Positions 1-11,944 of a stretch of DNA of 64,000 bases are shown piece by piece. The notes below the pieces were generated by a model, which saw nothing but the letters and a program-made list of their open reading frames with translations, was not told where the DNA came from and made no database searches. The stretch's first letter is position 1. Each line of letters opens with the position of its first letter. The position numbers were made by a program, and so were the translations under genes. This stretch comes from Lama glama (Eukaryota). The stretch is taken from the NCBI GenBank assembly GCA_028534125.1, contig CM052817.1, positions 26,538,001-26,602,000 on the forward strand, given 5' to 3'.

Positions 1-305
1 GATTGTTCCTGACTCTTACACATTGTTACTGAAACTAATTTTGCCATATAGATGAAGGAGGTTGAAAAATGATCAGCTCCAGGTGTCAAAAACACTAAAT
101 GTGCTGCTGGGTTCTGTTAAACTGCCTTCTACAAAGATTGCACACTTCTGTACATTTTTCCATGGTGCGTGAGAGTGTCTGCTTAAGGGAGAAATCTTTC
201 AAACGTTGTTAGAAACCAGGCCTGTAGTAAGAAAGAAATCACCCACCAAGTGAAAAATGTCTTTCCAGCTCTCCCTCCTCATTTCCTGCCTTTATTTTAG
301 GATTG

Positions 306-678
306 TGTCTTAGTCTATTTGAGCTGCTGTAACAAAATGCCACAGACAAGGTAGCTTATAAACAATAGAAATTTATTTCTCACAGACCTGGAGGTTGGGG
401 AGTCCAAGACGATGGCTCGTGCAGATTCAGTGTCTAGTGAGGGCTTGCTCCCTGATTCTGGGAGCGTGCCTTCTCACTGTGTCCTCATACGGTGGAAGGG
501 GCAGGGCAAAACAGCGGGGCTCTCTGGGGCTCTTTCACAAGGGCACTAATTTCATTCATGAGGGCTCTGCCCTCCTAACCTACTGACCTCCCAAAGGCCC
601 CCACCTCCTAATACTGTCACCTTGGGGTTAGGTTTCAACATATGAATTTTAGGGGCACACAAACATCAGATCGTAGCA
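306..678. mobile_element. MaLR solo LTR (MLT1A/B-like)
   Basis: TGTCTTAGTC...TAGCA termini, typical MLT1 motifs (GCTGCTGTAACAAAATGCCACAGAC, TTTCAACATATGAATTTT), and a perfect 5-bp TSD GATTG at 301-305 and 679-683. Confidence 0.9.
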
Positions 679-759
679 GATTGCTTAGTTTCACCAAGGC
701 TGCGCAGTAGGTAGGTTTCTCCCAAACGAGAGACAGTGGGAGTGGAGGTAAGAGACAGC

Positions 760-950
760 ACTATAAGTGGGTTTGCTTGTCCTCTTGGGCAAGTTACTTT
801 ACTTTTCTGTGTCTCACTTTCCCTAGCTGTAGAATGAGACAACGGTGGTACTGAGCACGTGGTGTTGTTGTAATGATTAATGGACTAATTTTCACAAAGC
901 ACTTCAAATGGAATCTGACCAATGGTAAATACTATGTGAGTGTTAATTGT
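760..950 (+). mobile_element. MIR SINE
   Basis: Core TTGGGCAAGTTACTTTAC...CTCACTTTCCC..CTGTAGAATG. Confidence 0.7.
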
Positions 951-1180
951 TACTCTTCCCTACTTAGGGTCAGGCTCTCTGTTAGGCATGGCAGATAGAA
1001 TCTTTTCAATTGCCTTAAAAATTCTATGATCTATGCATCATTATGAACATTTTGCAGTTCTGGTTATGTGACTTGCCCAAGCTTAGGCTGCTAATCAGCC
1101 ATGGCGATAAGACGCTAACCAAGACCCTGACTTCATGATCTGGGGTCTGTGCAAACGATGGAGTATCAGCAATTTTATAC

Positions 1181-1293
1181 CTTTTTCTCTCTATCTTTTT
1201 CATTTTTAGATTTTTTTGTAAAGGTACAGGGATTGTACCCAGGACCTCGTGCACACTAAGCATGTGCTCTACCATGAGCTATATCCCTCCCCC
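1181..1293 (-). mobile_element. tRNA-Ala-derived SINE (camelid Vic-1-like)
   Basis: Minus strand GGGGAGGGATATAGCTCATGGTAGAGCACATGCTTAG...GGTCCTGGGTACAATCCC with A and B boxes, an A-rich tail, and degenerate TSD AGCAATTTTATAC / AGTAATGTTATAC. Confidence 0.85.
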
Positions 1294-2039
1294 GAGTAAT
1301 GTTATACTTTGAACCTGAAACTAAATCACTTCACTCTCTGCAGTGCTCTGGGCTAAATATTCAGAACAAAATACTTTGACTTCTTTTATAGTTTGAGTAA
1401 TTTGTAAATTAATGGTTGACCCTAATTCTAGAGAATATTGGAAGGCTTAATGATTGCCCCTAAAGAGAGATGATCGATCTCTCGAAGGAAGTTAATGAGA
1501 AAGAGAAGATCTGCTTGAAAAAGAGTTTTATATTAAATCTGGGAGTTATCTTTTGAGTAAAAATCCATCAATATGGAATATCTATCTAAGTTATCTATAT
1601 AAGTTTGCATTTAAAAATTAAGGAAATTAAGTATGGGATATAAAATTAGAAATTATATATATTTGAAAAAATCCTGTGTAGATGGAAAGAGTGTTGACTC
1701 AGTGATCCAGTTTCAGGGCCCCCAGTAGAAGAAACCACCACTCTCTGGGCTCTGGTTTCCTCATGGGGAAAATAAGTGGGTTGAACTAGATGACCTTTCA
1801 AGTATCTAATCATGCTAAGTTTCTTTCCACAATCAGGGGACATGCTATTTCACATTTATTTAGGGGTTGCTCAATGGTTGGGGAGTAGCAGGAATTTGGG
1901 GGAATTCCCAGAACTCATGGATACAAAATATGTAAAGAAAAATTGCTATATATTTATTTTACCAAGAGAGGACTAATATCCTTAATCTCTAAAAAGATTT
2001 TAAAAAATCATTAAGAAATGATAACCACCTTGCTAGAAA

Positions 2040-2950
2040 AGTAGATAAAGTAGATGACTTAGAAAAGAAAAAATTTAAGTGGTTAATAACAGATTATTTT
2101 AGTTTTCACTAGTTGTAAATGAAATACAAATGAAAGCAGATTAAACTGGCAAATATTATACCCAATGATAATAGTCTGATGAAATACACACTCTCATACA
2201 CTGCATATGGAATACAAATTCACCTGATTTTTTTCACCCTTCTTGTTCCAGTAATTGCACTCATACCTATTTACACTAAAGAAATAATTGTATATTTGTA
2301 CAAATTTATTCAAAATTTTTTTTCTGTATATATATTTTTATTGTAGTCAGTTTACAACATTGTGTCAATTTCTGGTGTACAGCATAATGCTTCAATCATA
2401 CATGAACATACATATATTCTTTTCATATTCTTCACCATAAGTTACTACAGGATATTGAATATAGTTTCCTGTGCCATAAAGCATGAACTTGTTTATTGGA
2501 TTTTGTGAGAATCTTCCTGTATTTCAAAGCAAGAGACACTCTGCCAGAGTTCAGTAGGTTTTCTGTGTGATTCAGTGGGTTTGTAGATGTAATTCTTGGT
2601 GTATTTGTGGGACAGGGCAAGCTGTGAGTCTTTCTAATCTGCCATCTTGGCACCTCCCCCCATAAATTTATTTTTTAAATGTGCACTCAGTGTTATAGTA
2701 AAAATTAGAAATGACTTAACTGTCCAATAATAGGCAATTGATTAAATAAATAATGTTACATTCATATAATGAAATATGATAGTCATTAAAATTATGTTTG
2801 AAGACTCAATGATATAAGAAATATTTAATGATATAAGAAATATTTAGGATGTAAATGCTAAATTAAAAAAGCAAGATGGCAAACTATATACAAAGTATTA
2901 CATTAGTTTTGAAAAAAAAAATGACACACTGAAAAAACGAAACAGGAAAA
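2040..2950 (+). mobile_element. Old L1 (L1M-type) fragment, interrupted by a younger insertion
   Basis: Degenerate ORF2-end/3' UTR-like motifs (CACACTCTCATACACTGC, CCAGTAATTGCACTC, AACTGTCCAATAATAGG). Confidence 0.55.
2311..2661 (-). mobile_element. Bipartite L1-derived element: L1 5' end (~165 nt) fused to L1 3' end (~185 nt)
   Basis: Minus strand starts GGGGGGAGGTGCCAAGATGGC (L1-type YY1 start). It ends with the same L1 3' terminus as the copies at 21613 and 38011, with AATAAA at 2337-2342, an A-tail, and TSD AAATTTATT (2302-2310 / 2664-2672). Confidence 0.75.
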
Positions 2951-4069
2951 GGTACACTAATATCTCACAGCTTTTGGTTGTTGCTGGTAGTTGGTTTTCT
3001 TCTTGAGGGCCTTTAGGTAGTCTGGTATTTTTGAGAAGTTCCGTAAACTGTATGAACTACTTTTTATAATCAGAAAAAAAAAAGTTTGTAGAAATGATCC
3101 AGAGAAAATGAGAGAAGTTAGCCAGAATGAGGAAGCCATCTTCAGTCTGACTGCATCTGCGAATAGGAAAGGAAACGCTGTTCACCGCTAATGGTTTGAA
3201 GACGTGTATTGAATGATGGTGGTGGTTCTGGTGTGGGGGATGGGCAAACCCTGGGATGGGATGGTTTTCTTCATCATGGATGGTACTTTAAAGCTGGGAG
3301 GTATCTTGGGCTTGGTGGAGGTCAACCAGATATCAGGCAGATTTCATATTTTCACAGTCAGAAAAGATCAGACAGAGCTACTTTAAGTCTAAGGGGGAAA
3401 CGTAAAATCTGAAAGTAGAAACTCTCCACTGCCCCCTCACTTTTTCAGATAAAAATGATCCCAAGGCAGAAGGTCTACTTCATTCTCAGGGTTTCTTTGA
3501 TTTGTGATCTGGCTTTGTGTGAGTAATCCATTTTCACTCTTGGGTTTCTTTTCTCTTCTTTTTAAGTTATTTTCATTATTACTTTTTGCGCTTTTGCGAA
3601 GAGCTAATTCTGCAGAATTGGGGCAAGGAGGGCCGAGGGAGGGTAACGAACGTTTATACCGTTAGGAAGTTCAGGTAATCTCAAAGTAACTTTAAGAGTA
3701 TCTTTCGGGTAGAATGTTTTCTAGACGTGGCCTTTACTTCCCAGGGACAGATGGTGATGTTTTATTGAGATGCTGTTAGAACTTGTACTTGAAGCTCAAG
3801 GCTTTCTTTCATGACTTGCCTGGGGATCCTCACCCAGGACTGTGACTTTTCCTCCTCCATCGCCCTTCCACTAAGACACAGACTCAGCCTCTTCACTGCC
3901 TACCTTTACATCACTTGTTATTTGCTGCACCAACATTCCTTCAAGTCACTGTAGTATAAAGTATACTTTTTATTTTTTAATGATACTCTTCTGCATTTTC
4001 TCTATAACTAAAGATGAGAATGATACTACAGCTTGGACAAAATGCTATAGAAAACAAAAGATCCCACCC

Positions 4070-4420
4070 TTTAAAACTTTCATCATGAAACAGTTGAAAC
4101 ATACATAAAAGTAGTGAGAAGAAACTAATATACCTGCCACATACCATCATTCACCTTCAACATTCTCAATATTTCCCCAATTTTATTTCATCTGTCATCC
4201 TTACTTCTTGTTTTATTTCTTTTCTGGAAAAATCTAAAATAAATCCCAGGCATCATATTCATTTCACCTGTCAAATAAGAAGGACTTTAAAAGTGTATAT
4301 GACCACAATATGATGATCGCCTAACAAAATTAGCAATAGTTCCTTAATGTTATCAAACATCCAGGTTGTATTCAATCTTTGAGTATCTAAAAAAGTATTC
4401 AATCTTTGAGTATCTAAAAT
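4070..4420 (-). mobile_element. Old L1 3' end fragment (L1MC/ME-like)
   Basis: TGAAACATACATAAAAGTAG...TACCATCATTCACCTTCAAC...ATCCCAGGCATCATATTCATTTCACC pattern. Confidence 0.55.

Positions 4421-4458
<38 letters not shown>
4368..4458. repeat. 25-bp tandem duplication followed by (AC)13(AT)6 microsatellite
   Basis: GTATTCAATCTTTGAGTATCTAAAA at 4368 and 4395; microsatellite at 4421-4458. Confidence 0.95.
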
Positions 4459-5387
4459 GACTTTAAAAACTCTCTCATGAGCAAGAAAAAGAGAGATGGA
4501 CTTAGAACATTTGTTAGAGAAGGCATCGTTACTCAGCTCAGCTTGTCTTCTTTCCAAGTTAGAGCTTTAAAAAGGAAACAGAAGCCAGAGATAGTGCTTT
4601 CAGGAATTTTAAACAAATTCAGCTGTTCAGATGTAGAACATTTTTGTCTTTGGACACTGATGGGGGCTCATAGAAATTCCCTATTGCCTCAAGGGGCCTC
4701 AGATCAACCTTTTCTTTCCCTTCCAAGCCACACTTAAGAAACAACACAAAGTACTTCATAATTGCACACATAACACATGCTTCTAGAAATACTTTAATGT
4801 GCACAGAAACAAGGAGAAGAAAATGAGAATCAGCTACCATCCTAGGACCATAGCGAATTCACCTTGACGTGTTGGTATATATTGATCGAGACTTCATATC
4901 TCTGGGATGATACCGTGCATATTTTGAAAACTGCTTTTTTCTTGTTCAGCTCAGGGACCCTTTTCCTGTGTCAGTTCATGTACTTGTGCCTTGACATCTT
5001 AAAGGGTATCAATTATAGGGATAAGCTAATTAGTTTAACCACTTGTTCTTGAATGATTTTTTCTTGTCATCATAAGCAGTGTAGGCAAGAACATGTGTGT
5101 AACTTAATATTTCATGTCAAAGTTCATGGGAGAAGAGCTCTCTTTGCTGCCATCCATCTTCGTTTCCCACTCATTCTCTTCCCTTGCAATGTGACCACAG
5201 CCCCCTTGGCTCTCTTGAAATCTCTCTGGCTTGGCAGCAGATACCCCAGTCTGAAATACCACACTCTCCTCTCCTGTCACATCTCCTCCAGTGTTTCCAG
5301 CAACAAATTTTGCAGCCAAACCCAAGCTTGCCTAACCCCATGGTCTGTGTTCTCCTTCCTACGCTGAGTTGCCTCTTTTTTACATAG

Positions 5388-5696
5388 CAAAGGTTGTCAA
5401 ACTTTTTACGTAAACGGCCGCGTAGTAAATATTTTAGACTCTGTGGGCCATTAAGTCTCTCTTGCAACTTTGAGTTGTAGCAAGAAAGCAGCCATAAATG
5501 AAAGAGCTGTGTTCCAATAAGATGTTACTTATGGACACTTACATTTGAATTTTATATAATATTCACATGTCATGAAATATTATTCTTTTGATTTTTTTTA
5601 ACCATTACAAATCTAAAAACCATTTTTAATTCATGGGCCATGCAAAAAACAGGTGGTGGGTTTTGATCGCAGGTGAGCCATAGTTTGCCAGCCTTG
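5388..5696. mobile_element. hAT-Charlie MITE (MER58B-like)
   Basis: TIR-like CAAAGGTTGTCAAAC / GTTTGCCAGCCTTG, MER58-type internal motifs, and degenerate 8-bp TSD TTACATAG / CTTCATAG. Confidence 0.85.
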
Positions 5697-6356
5697 CTTC
5701 ATAGGATCCTTATATCCTAGAATGGTTAGATATGCACATATTTGCCTCTTTGCTTTTTCTTTCCTTGAACAATTCAGCTTGGACCCCAAACATGTATGCC
5801 CAAACACGTTGAGAGAGGTTGCGGTAACTACATTTCCCCATCACCTTAGTTTTGAGATGAGATTCTAGTGTCTTTTAATGGTGCTCTGGGCACTTGCCTG
5901 GCTGGCTAGCCTTGTTTTTGACTCTGAACTTAGACCAAATTGAGAACTCTAGACCTGTGGTGACAATCCAATTACTGTGCTCGTAGGATTGGAAGGAACA
6001 TGTCAGGGCGGGGGACTGGAACAGGAGGGGAAGGTGCCAGGGTCCCTACTTGGCCTGGAGTCTGAGGGGCAGGGCTCAAAGAGGCCTCAGGGGTTGATGA
6101 CATTCTGGCTTCATTCAACTATAATGGGATTAAATCAGCTTTAAGCTTAGGAATGCAAATACTGCTTAGAACCTTGACTCTGGAGAACATGTGGTGAGAG
6201 TTGCAAACCAGCATCTTAAAGGCAAAGTTTCAGAATAAAATCCATTTGGAATACAGATGATCTGCGTACAAAAATAAACTGAATTTAAAAGTGATTTCCT
6301 TTTGTGATTTGCAGGGGGAATTTAATCATTATTTGTAGCAATTAGAAACTAGCTAA

Positions 6357-6419
6357 GGGGAATTACTGAAGTAGGGTGGGGTATTACTGAAGTAGGATTG
6401 AGAATTAGTGAAGTGAACC
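6357..6419. repeat. Imperfect 21-bp tandem repeat, about 3 units
   Basis: GGGGAATTACTGAAGTAGGGT / GGGGTATTACTGAAGTAGGAT / TGAGAATTAGTGAAGTGAACC. Confidence 0.75.
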
Positions 6420-9400
6420 CTTGGAAGATGAAACTTAAGATAAAATACTCTTTGAGAAGATGTTCCCTAAGAAGGTGGTAGCCTTCATTTTTAAAAATAC
6501 TTTTTTGCTGAAGTTTACGTACAGAAAAGTGAACACATTGTAGGCCTGCAAATTGATGAATTTTCACCAACTGAACACACTTGTGGAACTAACTTCTGAA
6601 TTAAGACACAGGACACTTCTTGTAAATATTAAGAACTCCTTATTTGCAGAGGAGAATGGGAGTAGGGACCCAGCTGGAAGGGATGGCTAGAAACAGTGTC
6701 TCGAAACTGGGTTTGCTTAGGAAGCACAGTTTTATGTGAGATGCGTTGGATAGAACAATGAGAATTATGAGGTGTGGGTGCCACGTGGAGCTGTGCAGCT
6801 GTGGGTTCAGACTCTATTTGGGTCTAACTTTGCCTCCAGCAGTGTCTCCCTGTGTGACTGTAGGCAAGATTCTTCACTGGCCGACATCTCTGCAGTTGTG
6901 AGATGGTCCTCTCCATGAAGACAGCAGCCGTCCTGCTCACTGTTAGGCTCTCAGGACCTGATACAGTGTCTGCCACGCAGGAAGCCCAAAACAAGATTTT
7001 TTTTTAAATAAATAAAATAATCAATAAATAATACATACAGTCCTTAGAAGATGCTCAATAATGTAAATAAAAGTCACAAAATGACCCATCGATCAAGTAG
7101 TGCCACATTTGTGACTATATCCCCCAGGAAAATTGTTTCATGTAAAAATAACTTCTATACATGTGTATATGCACATATATTTTATATATAAAATAACACT
7201 TGTTAATTATGGTGAATTACTGGAACTAACTCAGTGGCTGCTCAAAGGACTCAAAACAGTGGGGAATGGCTGGGCAATTATGAATTGTTGAAACAATGGC
7301 AAGCTATTGAGCTAAAATCTGGCAAGCATGTAGACTATGTTGAAAATAAAAATTTTTCTAAATTGAAAAAAAGTTTAAAAGATATACACAAGTGTATATT
7401 TATTAGAGAATGAAAAGTGAATAATATTTGGGGTGATAAAGTTGAGAGATGGCTATGCTTTTCCTCTATCAAGTGGCTTAAGATTGTTTTGAATTGATTC
7501 TCTTTCCCCGCAAGAGAAAGAAATGAAATGAAGCACCCAACCCCCCCAGCACCCCCACAAGCCAGACGTGGAATCACTCATCCGAGCAGGGCCTTCTCTT
7601 GCTGTGGTGTCCTTGCTAGGCTGTGGAAGGGTTGCTGAGAGAAGGCGCGGGCAGGAGATGAATTGCTGAGAAATGTGATTTCCTAATCACCTAAGTGTGT
7701 TAGATTCGCAGCAGAAACAATTTCCTTAATGATTAAATTGGCTGCTGCCAGCACAGGTCCTTTGCCCAAAACTCCTTCCAGAAGGATGACATTTAGATGT
7801 ATTCTCCGTCCCTGGCTGATGACTGCCATGGGTTCATATTTTTGAAAAAAAAAAATGAGGGTTTTATCAGCATTTTGAAGTAAGCTACCTCAGTCAAAGC
7901 CCAGATAACCTAAAATGTGTAATAATAATAATTAGAGTCATAATTTCATCTTAGTTTTATATTGTGCTCTGTCATTCTGGAGGGGCTTTCTCATAAGATA
8001 ATCAAGAGAGTGTTCCCAAAAGTACAGCGTTTTGTCGGAGTACAGGCACACTTTACTGCTGGGTGGTTGTCATTTCCATCTGGTGCTTACAAGCTCCCTG
8101 TGAGGAAGGTAGGGCAGTTCTCATTTCAGTTTCTCAAACAGGGGAGGAGCCCAGGAGGACCAGCCATTTCAGCAGAGTGAAGATGGCTATGCAGAGGGCA
8201 GGGCTATCACAGCGACACAGAGGGGGCACCTGGTCCAGCAGTGAGTCAGGCCATCAAAGATGTTCAGGAGGAGGTTGGAGACGGTCGAAGTGGGTGAGAG
8301 CAGGTCTTTCCAGGTAAATAGAGTAGCACAGAGTGTGTCTGAAGAGAGAGAGAGAATAAAGAGTGGGGGATCTGTTGGGATGAGATGGGATGAGAATTGA
8401 GGCTAAAATGAAATGGGGGGACTTCCTATGGGACAGCCCTCAGCTCTCCGGAAGGTGGAATGGACTAGGACACCTCATCTCTAAGCCCTCCCTCTTGCCT
8501 GCCTCTGTGCCTTTGCTGTGGATGACACCATTGCCTTTACAAGATGAAGTCTCCCTTCCCTCCCTCTCTCTCTCTGTGTGCACCCTGAGGGCCTGGGGAA
8601 GGCATCCTTTCTGTAAAAACAGTGGAAAGGGGAGAGAGAGAAGAGAAATCAAGTTATTGAGACCTGAGAGGTTCTGGGATTGAAGGTTCATTAATTCCAG
8701 TCTGATTTAAGTCCTAAAGGGTCACTCGGTGCATCGCTCACGATGCTATCTGAACTCACTCTTATAACGCCTCTGTATGGCAAAATACCACTGAAAACCC
8801 TCTTCTGTTTTTCCCCTAGAGGCTCTTTTAGGGAGAATCTCTCTCTTTAGGTGAAATTCCACTGAAATCAAGCCCATCAGCCTTCCACACACATTATGTG
8901 ACCTATCACGGCCCCGCTGTGGGCACATGAGACACACCGTCTGAAGGTGATCTGTCCTGTCTATATAGGGTATTGCTCTAATCCAGACTGGAGCTCCTCC
9001 CCTGACCCCCTTCTCCTAGCTCCATATTTAGCCATCTGCTGAAGACTGTGCATGTCATCAGGTTTCATCATCCGTCTTTGCTGCTGTGGAGTAGTGCAGA
9101 GGTTTACGTTCTTGTATACGTGTGGCAGGCAATAAGGCTTTCTTCTTTGGCCTCAGTTTCGATAGAAACTAATTGAGAGAGTTAATCTTGACCATCACTT
9201 TACGCTTTGGGAACCTGAGGCCTTGAGAACTGACACGATGTGCCTCGTAGGGCCACAGCTGGCTGGGAATGAAGGTCACTTGACTGAGTGGAGCCCTTTT
9301 CTCCAGTCTGAATCTTTGTAGCTCTCTGAGCAGCAAAAGGCAGACACAAATTTCTTTGTCCGTATCATATTCTTATTTTTATGCTACAAGAATATATTTT

Positions 9401-9589
9401 TCGTAGCCTATACGTATTGTAGTCGTGGCTGGGTATAAGACACACAGAGCACTCTTTGCCATAGAAACCTCTTTAATGCTACTTCAGATTCCTCACTTAC
9501 AATTAATAATGTTTATCATTATATTTAGTAATTACTATTTAACAGTGATATTAGTAATGAGGACTATTGTGTATTTTCTACCTGCTGAC

Positions 9590-9810
9590 TGTGTACAGTA
9601 TGTTTACTTTATGTACTACGCTAAGGATTTTATACATCTGAGCACACTTAATACTCTCAACAACTCTGTGTTATAGATATTATCATATCACATTTTACAG
9701 AGAGGGAGACTGAGGCTTAGGGAGGTTAAGAAACTTCTAAGGTAGTCATTTGTCAGCCCAGATGCAATTCCAGATCTACCTGACTTTATAGTCTGTGTTC
9801 TTAACAATTT
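9590..9810 (-). mobile_element. MIR SINE
   Basis: CATTTTACAGAGAGGGAGACTGAGGCTTAGGGAGGTTAAG. Confidence 0.8.
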
Positions 9811-10332
9811 TGCCCCAGTGACTTCCTTTTCTCAATATTTACTCAGGAAACTTGGCTTTACTCAATATCTTAGAAGAAATTTTTTTTCATAACTGAAAGC
9901 CTGACTACGTGCATGTTTTTCCTGCTACATTAGGGTCAAAATCAAACTTAAAACATGTCTTAATGGGCCTTAGCGCTGGACTAAGTAACAAAGGGTCACA
10001 AAAGCTTCATTTAAGTCATCTGTATGTAAAAGGAGCTGAAGCCTGAGACCCAAATGAGCTCCCAAGGGGACCTTGTTCAAAGGTCTGGTGACAAAGAGGT
10101 GTCCAGGACCACTGTGTATGAGAGAGACTGGATGTGAGTCTTCAGAGAGACTCCAGGCAAATGTTTGACACCCCAACCCCTTCGCTTGGACATTCAATAT
10201 TTGGTATTTTAAATAAATAGTAAAATATGGTGCCTGCTCATAGATCCCATGTCCCAGGTTCTGTGCTGTTAGACTCTCCACATACTGAATTGTTATAGTA
10301 ATTTCATCAAGAAGATGCTTTTCTTGTTTTTC

Positions 10333-10402
10333 CATTTTTATGAGGAAACCAAGGCTCAGAGAGGTTAAGTAACTTGACCAAGGCCACTCAGCTTATATGT
10401 GG
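10333..10402 (-). mobile_element. MIR core fragment
   Basis: ATGAGGAAACCAAGGCTCAGAGAGGTTAAGTAACTTGACCAAGGCCAC. Confidence 0.8.
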
Positions 10403-11315
10403 TAAAAAAATGAATACATGAAAATCCTGTGAATTATTTATTTAACTCATTTGCAAAGGCTATTATGTCTAATTAAACAGACTGTGGGTTGACAAAGATA
10501 AAAATGTCTTGGAGGGGAATGTCCAGATTTAGAGGAGTGTTTTTTAAAAATTATGTTTTGAAGCAGACATATAGGTCTGTTTTACATTACTTTACATGTG
10601 ACATGTCAGGAAGATTGCCAGTGGGGGAGGTTAAAAGCCCAGATTGTATTAATAACCTTTACTTTGAAATTTGGTCTGAAAGACATTTCCTTTGTCTGAA
10701 GCTGGGCTGGCCTTGTGATGACATCCCTTGGCAGACGGGGACACCAGCTCCACGACTGATCTCATCAAGTCTGGAGCTCTTCCACCTGCAGTGAATGAGA
10801 ATTTACTTAACTCTTTCATGAAATTCAGATTTCGTCATGTTTATGTGGTTCTGTTCAAGTGACAAGCACTGAATATGGTTGCTTTTAAGCAAGTTGTTTT
10901 GTTTAACCAGGAGCTTAGCAGAGTTCCTGATACATAGGTAGCTGTCCAGAAAAGAAATAATTTTATCCCCACAACATCTCTGAGAAGTAGCTCCTAAATT
11001 TACAACAATCTTGCAGATTCGTAAACTGAGGCTTGGAGATCAAGCAATGTGCTCAAAGCTGTGTTGTTGTACAGGTGATGGAGTCTGATTTCAGATGCAG
11101 AAAATGCCAAGGACATTGCTCTTTCTGTTACACCTGTAGTCAGTTTTTTGAAAAAACCTCAAGGGAAAAACCACAGCAAATTTTTAGAGTTCTGGTGATT
11201 TCTTCTCTCTGACCTCAGCACATAAACCAAGGACTGGCTGATTAATCGATAAATGAGGGGAAGTGTTTATAGTATGTGTGGCTTGTCACACTGCTCTTTC
11301 TTGCCGTTCCCAAAG

Positions 11316-11429
11316 TGGCTGGGATCCACTAGAAACTGAAGCAGCCAAGACCGCTGTCAGCCACGGTCCCCACTTCTCGGTGCAGAAGCTGACAGAGAGC
11401 TGTTTGAACACGTCTCATTCACACAGCAG
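11316..11429 (+). other. RHOH: Probable penultimate non-coding RHOH exon (114 nt)
   Basis: Acceptor CTCTTTCTTGCCGTTCCCAAAG| at 11315 and weak donor CAG|GTTGCT at 11430 give a 298-nt intron. Size and spacing resemble the human 5' UTR exon as recalled; boundaries are not verified. Confidence 0.5.
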
Positions 11430-11727
11430 GTTGCTGTTGAGGTCTTTTTCATGTTGCCACCAGAGCAGTCGCTGGTGTTTTTACCGCTAGGCTGACTTTA
11501 GAGATCAGATCAGCTTCTGCTTCTTGACTGGGTGGGGTTGTGGGTGTAAGTGCTGGGGTATAATAGGTCCAAGCTTTCACTGCCGGGATAAGGGTGAGTT
11601 AGACAAGTGGGGTCGGACGGCTCCACTGAGGAGGCCCCCCTGTTTAATCAGTTTTCCAGTGATGAAGCTGCCCATCATCAAGAAAGGGAAAAAAGACTCA
11701 ATTTCTCCCCTTCTCTTTCTGTTCCAG

Positions 11728-11944
11728 TTGAAGACTAGCCTTTGGAGGTTTCCAGAGTAGATCGTGCATCTCCTTTGGATGGACCGGGCAAAGTGACATT
11801 CTGCAAACTGCTGTCAGAGGTCCTGAGAACACACAAGCCCATCTGGCTTTCATTCCCTGTGTTGAATGGCATTTGCCCCAGCAGCCCACTGAGGGCTCTT
11901 TCCCTCGGGATTCTGAACTGTAACTAGGAACCCAGGCTGAAAAG
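11728..11944 (+). other. RHOH: RHOH terminal exon, 5' UTR portion
   Basis: Strong acceptor TTTCTCCCCTTCTCTTTCTGTTCCAG ending at 11727. The following TTGAAGACTAG... resembles the start of the human RHOH coding exon (from memory). Confidence 0.85.

Noticed and set aside
6357..6419. CRISPR-like array from short direct repeats (also at 2808-2845 and 4368-4419)
   Set aside because: Simple tandem duplications without spacers, in a mammalian genome.
8216..8229. CTCF-like AGGGGGCAC (and GGACCAGAGGGCAG at 60588)
   Set aside because: The 5' half of the motif matches poorly.
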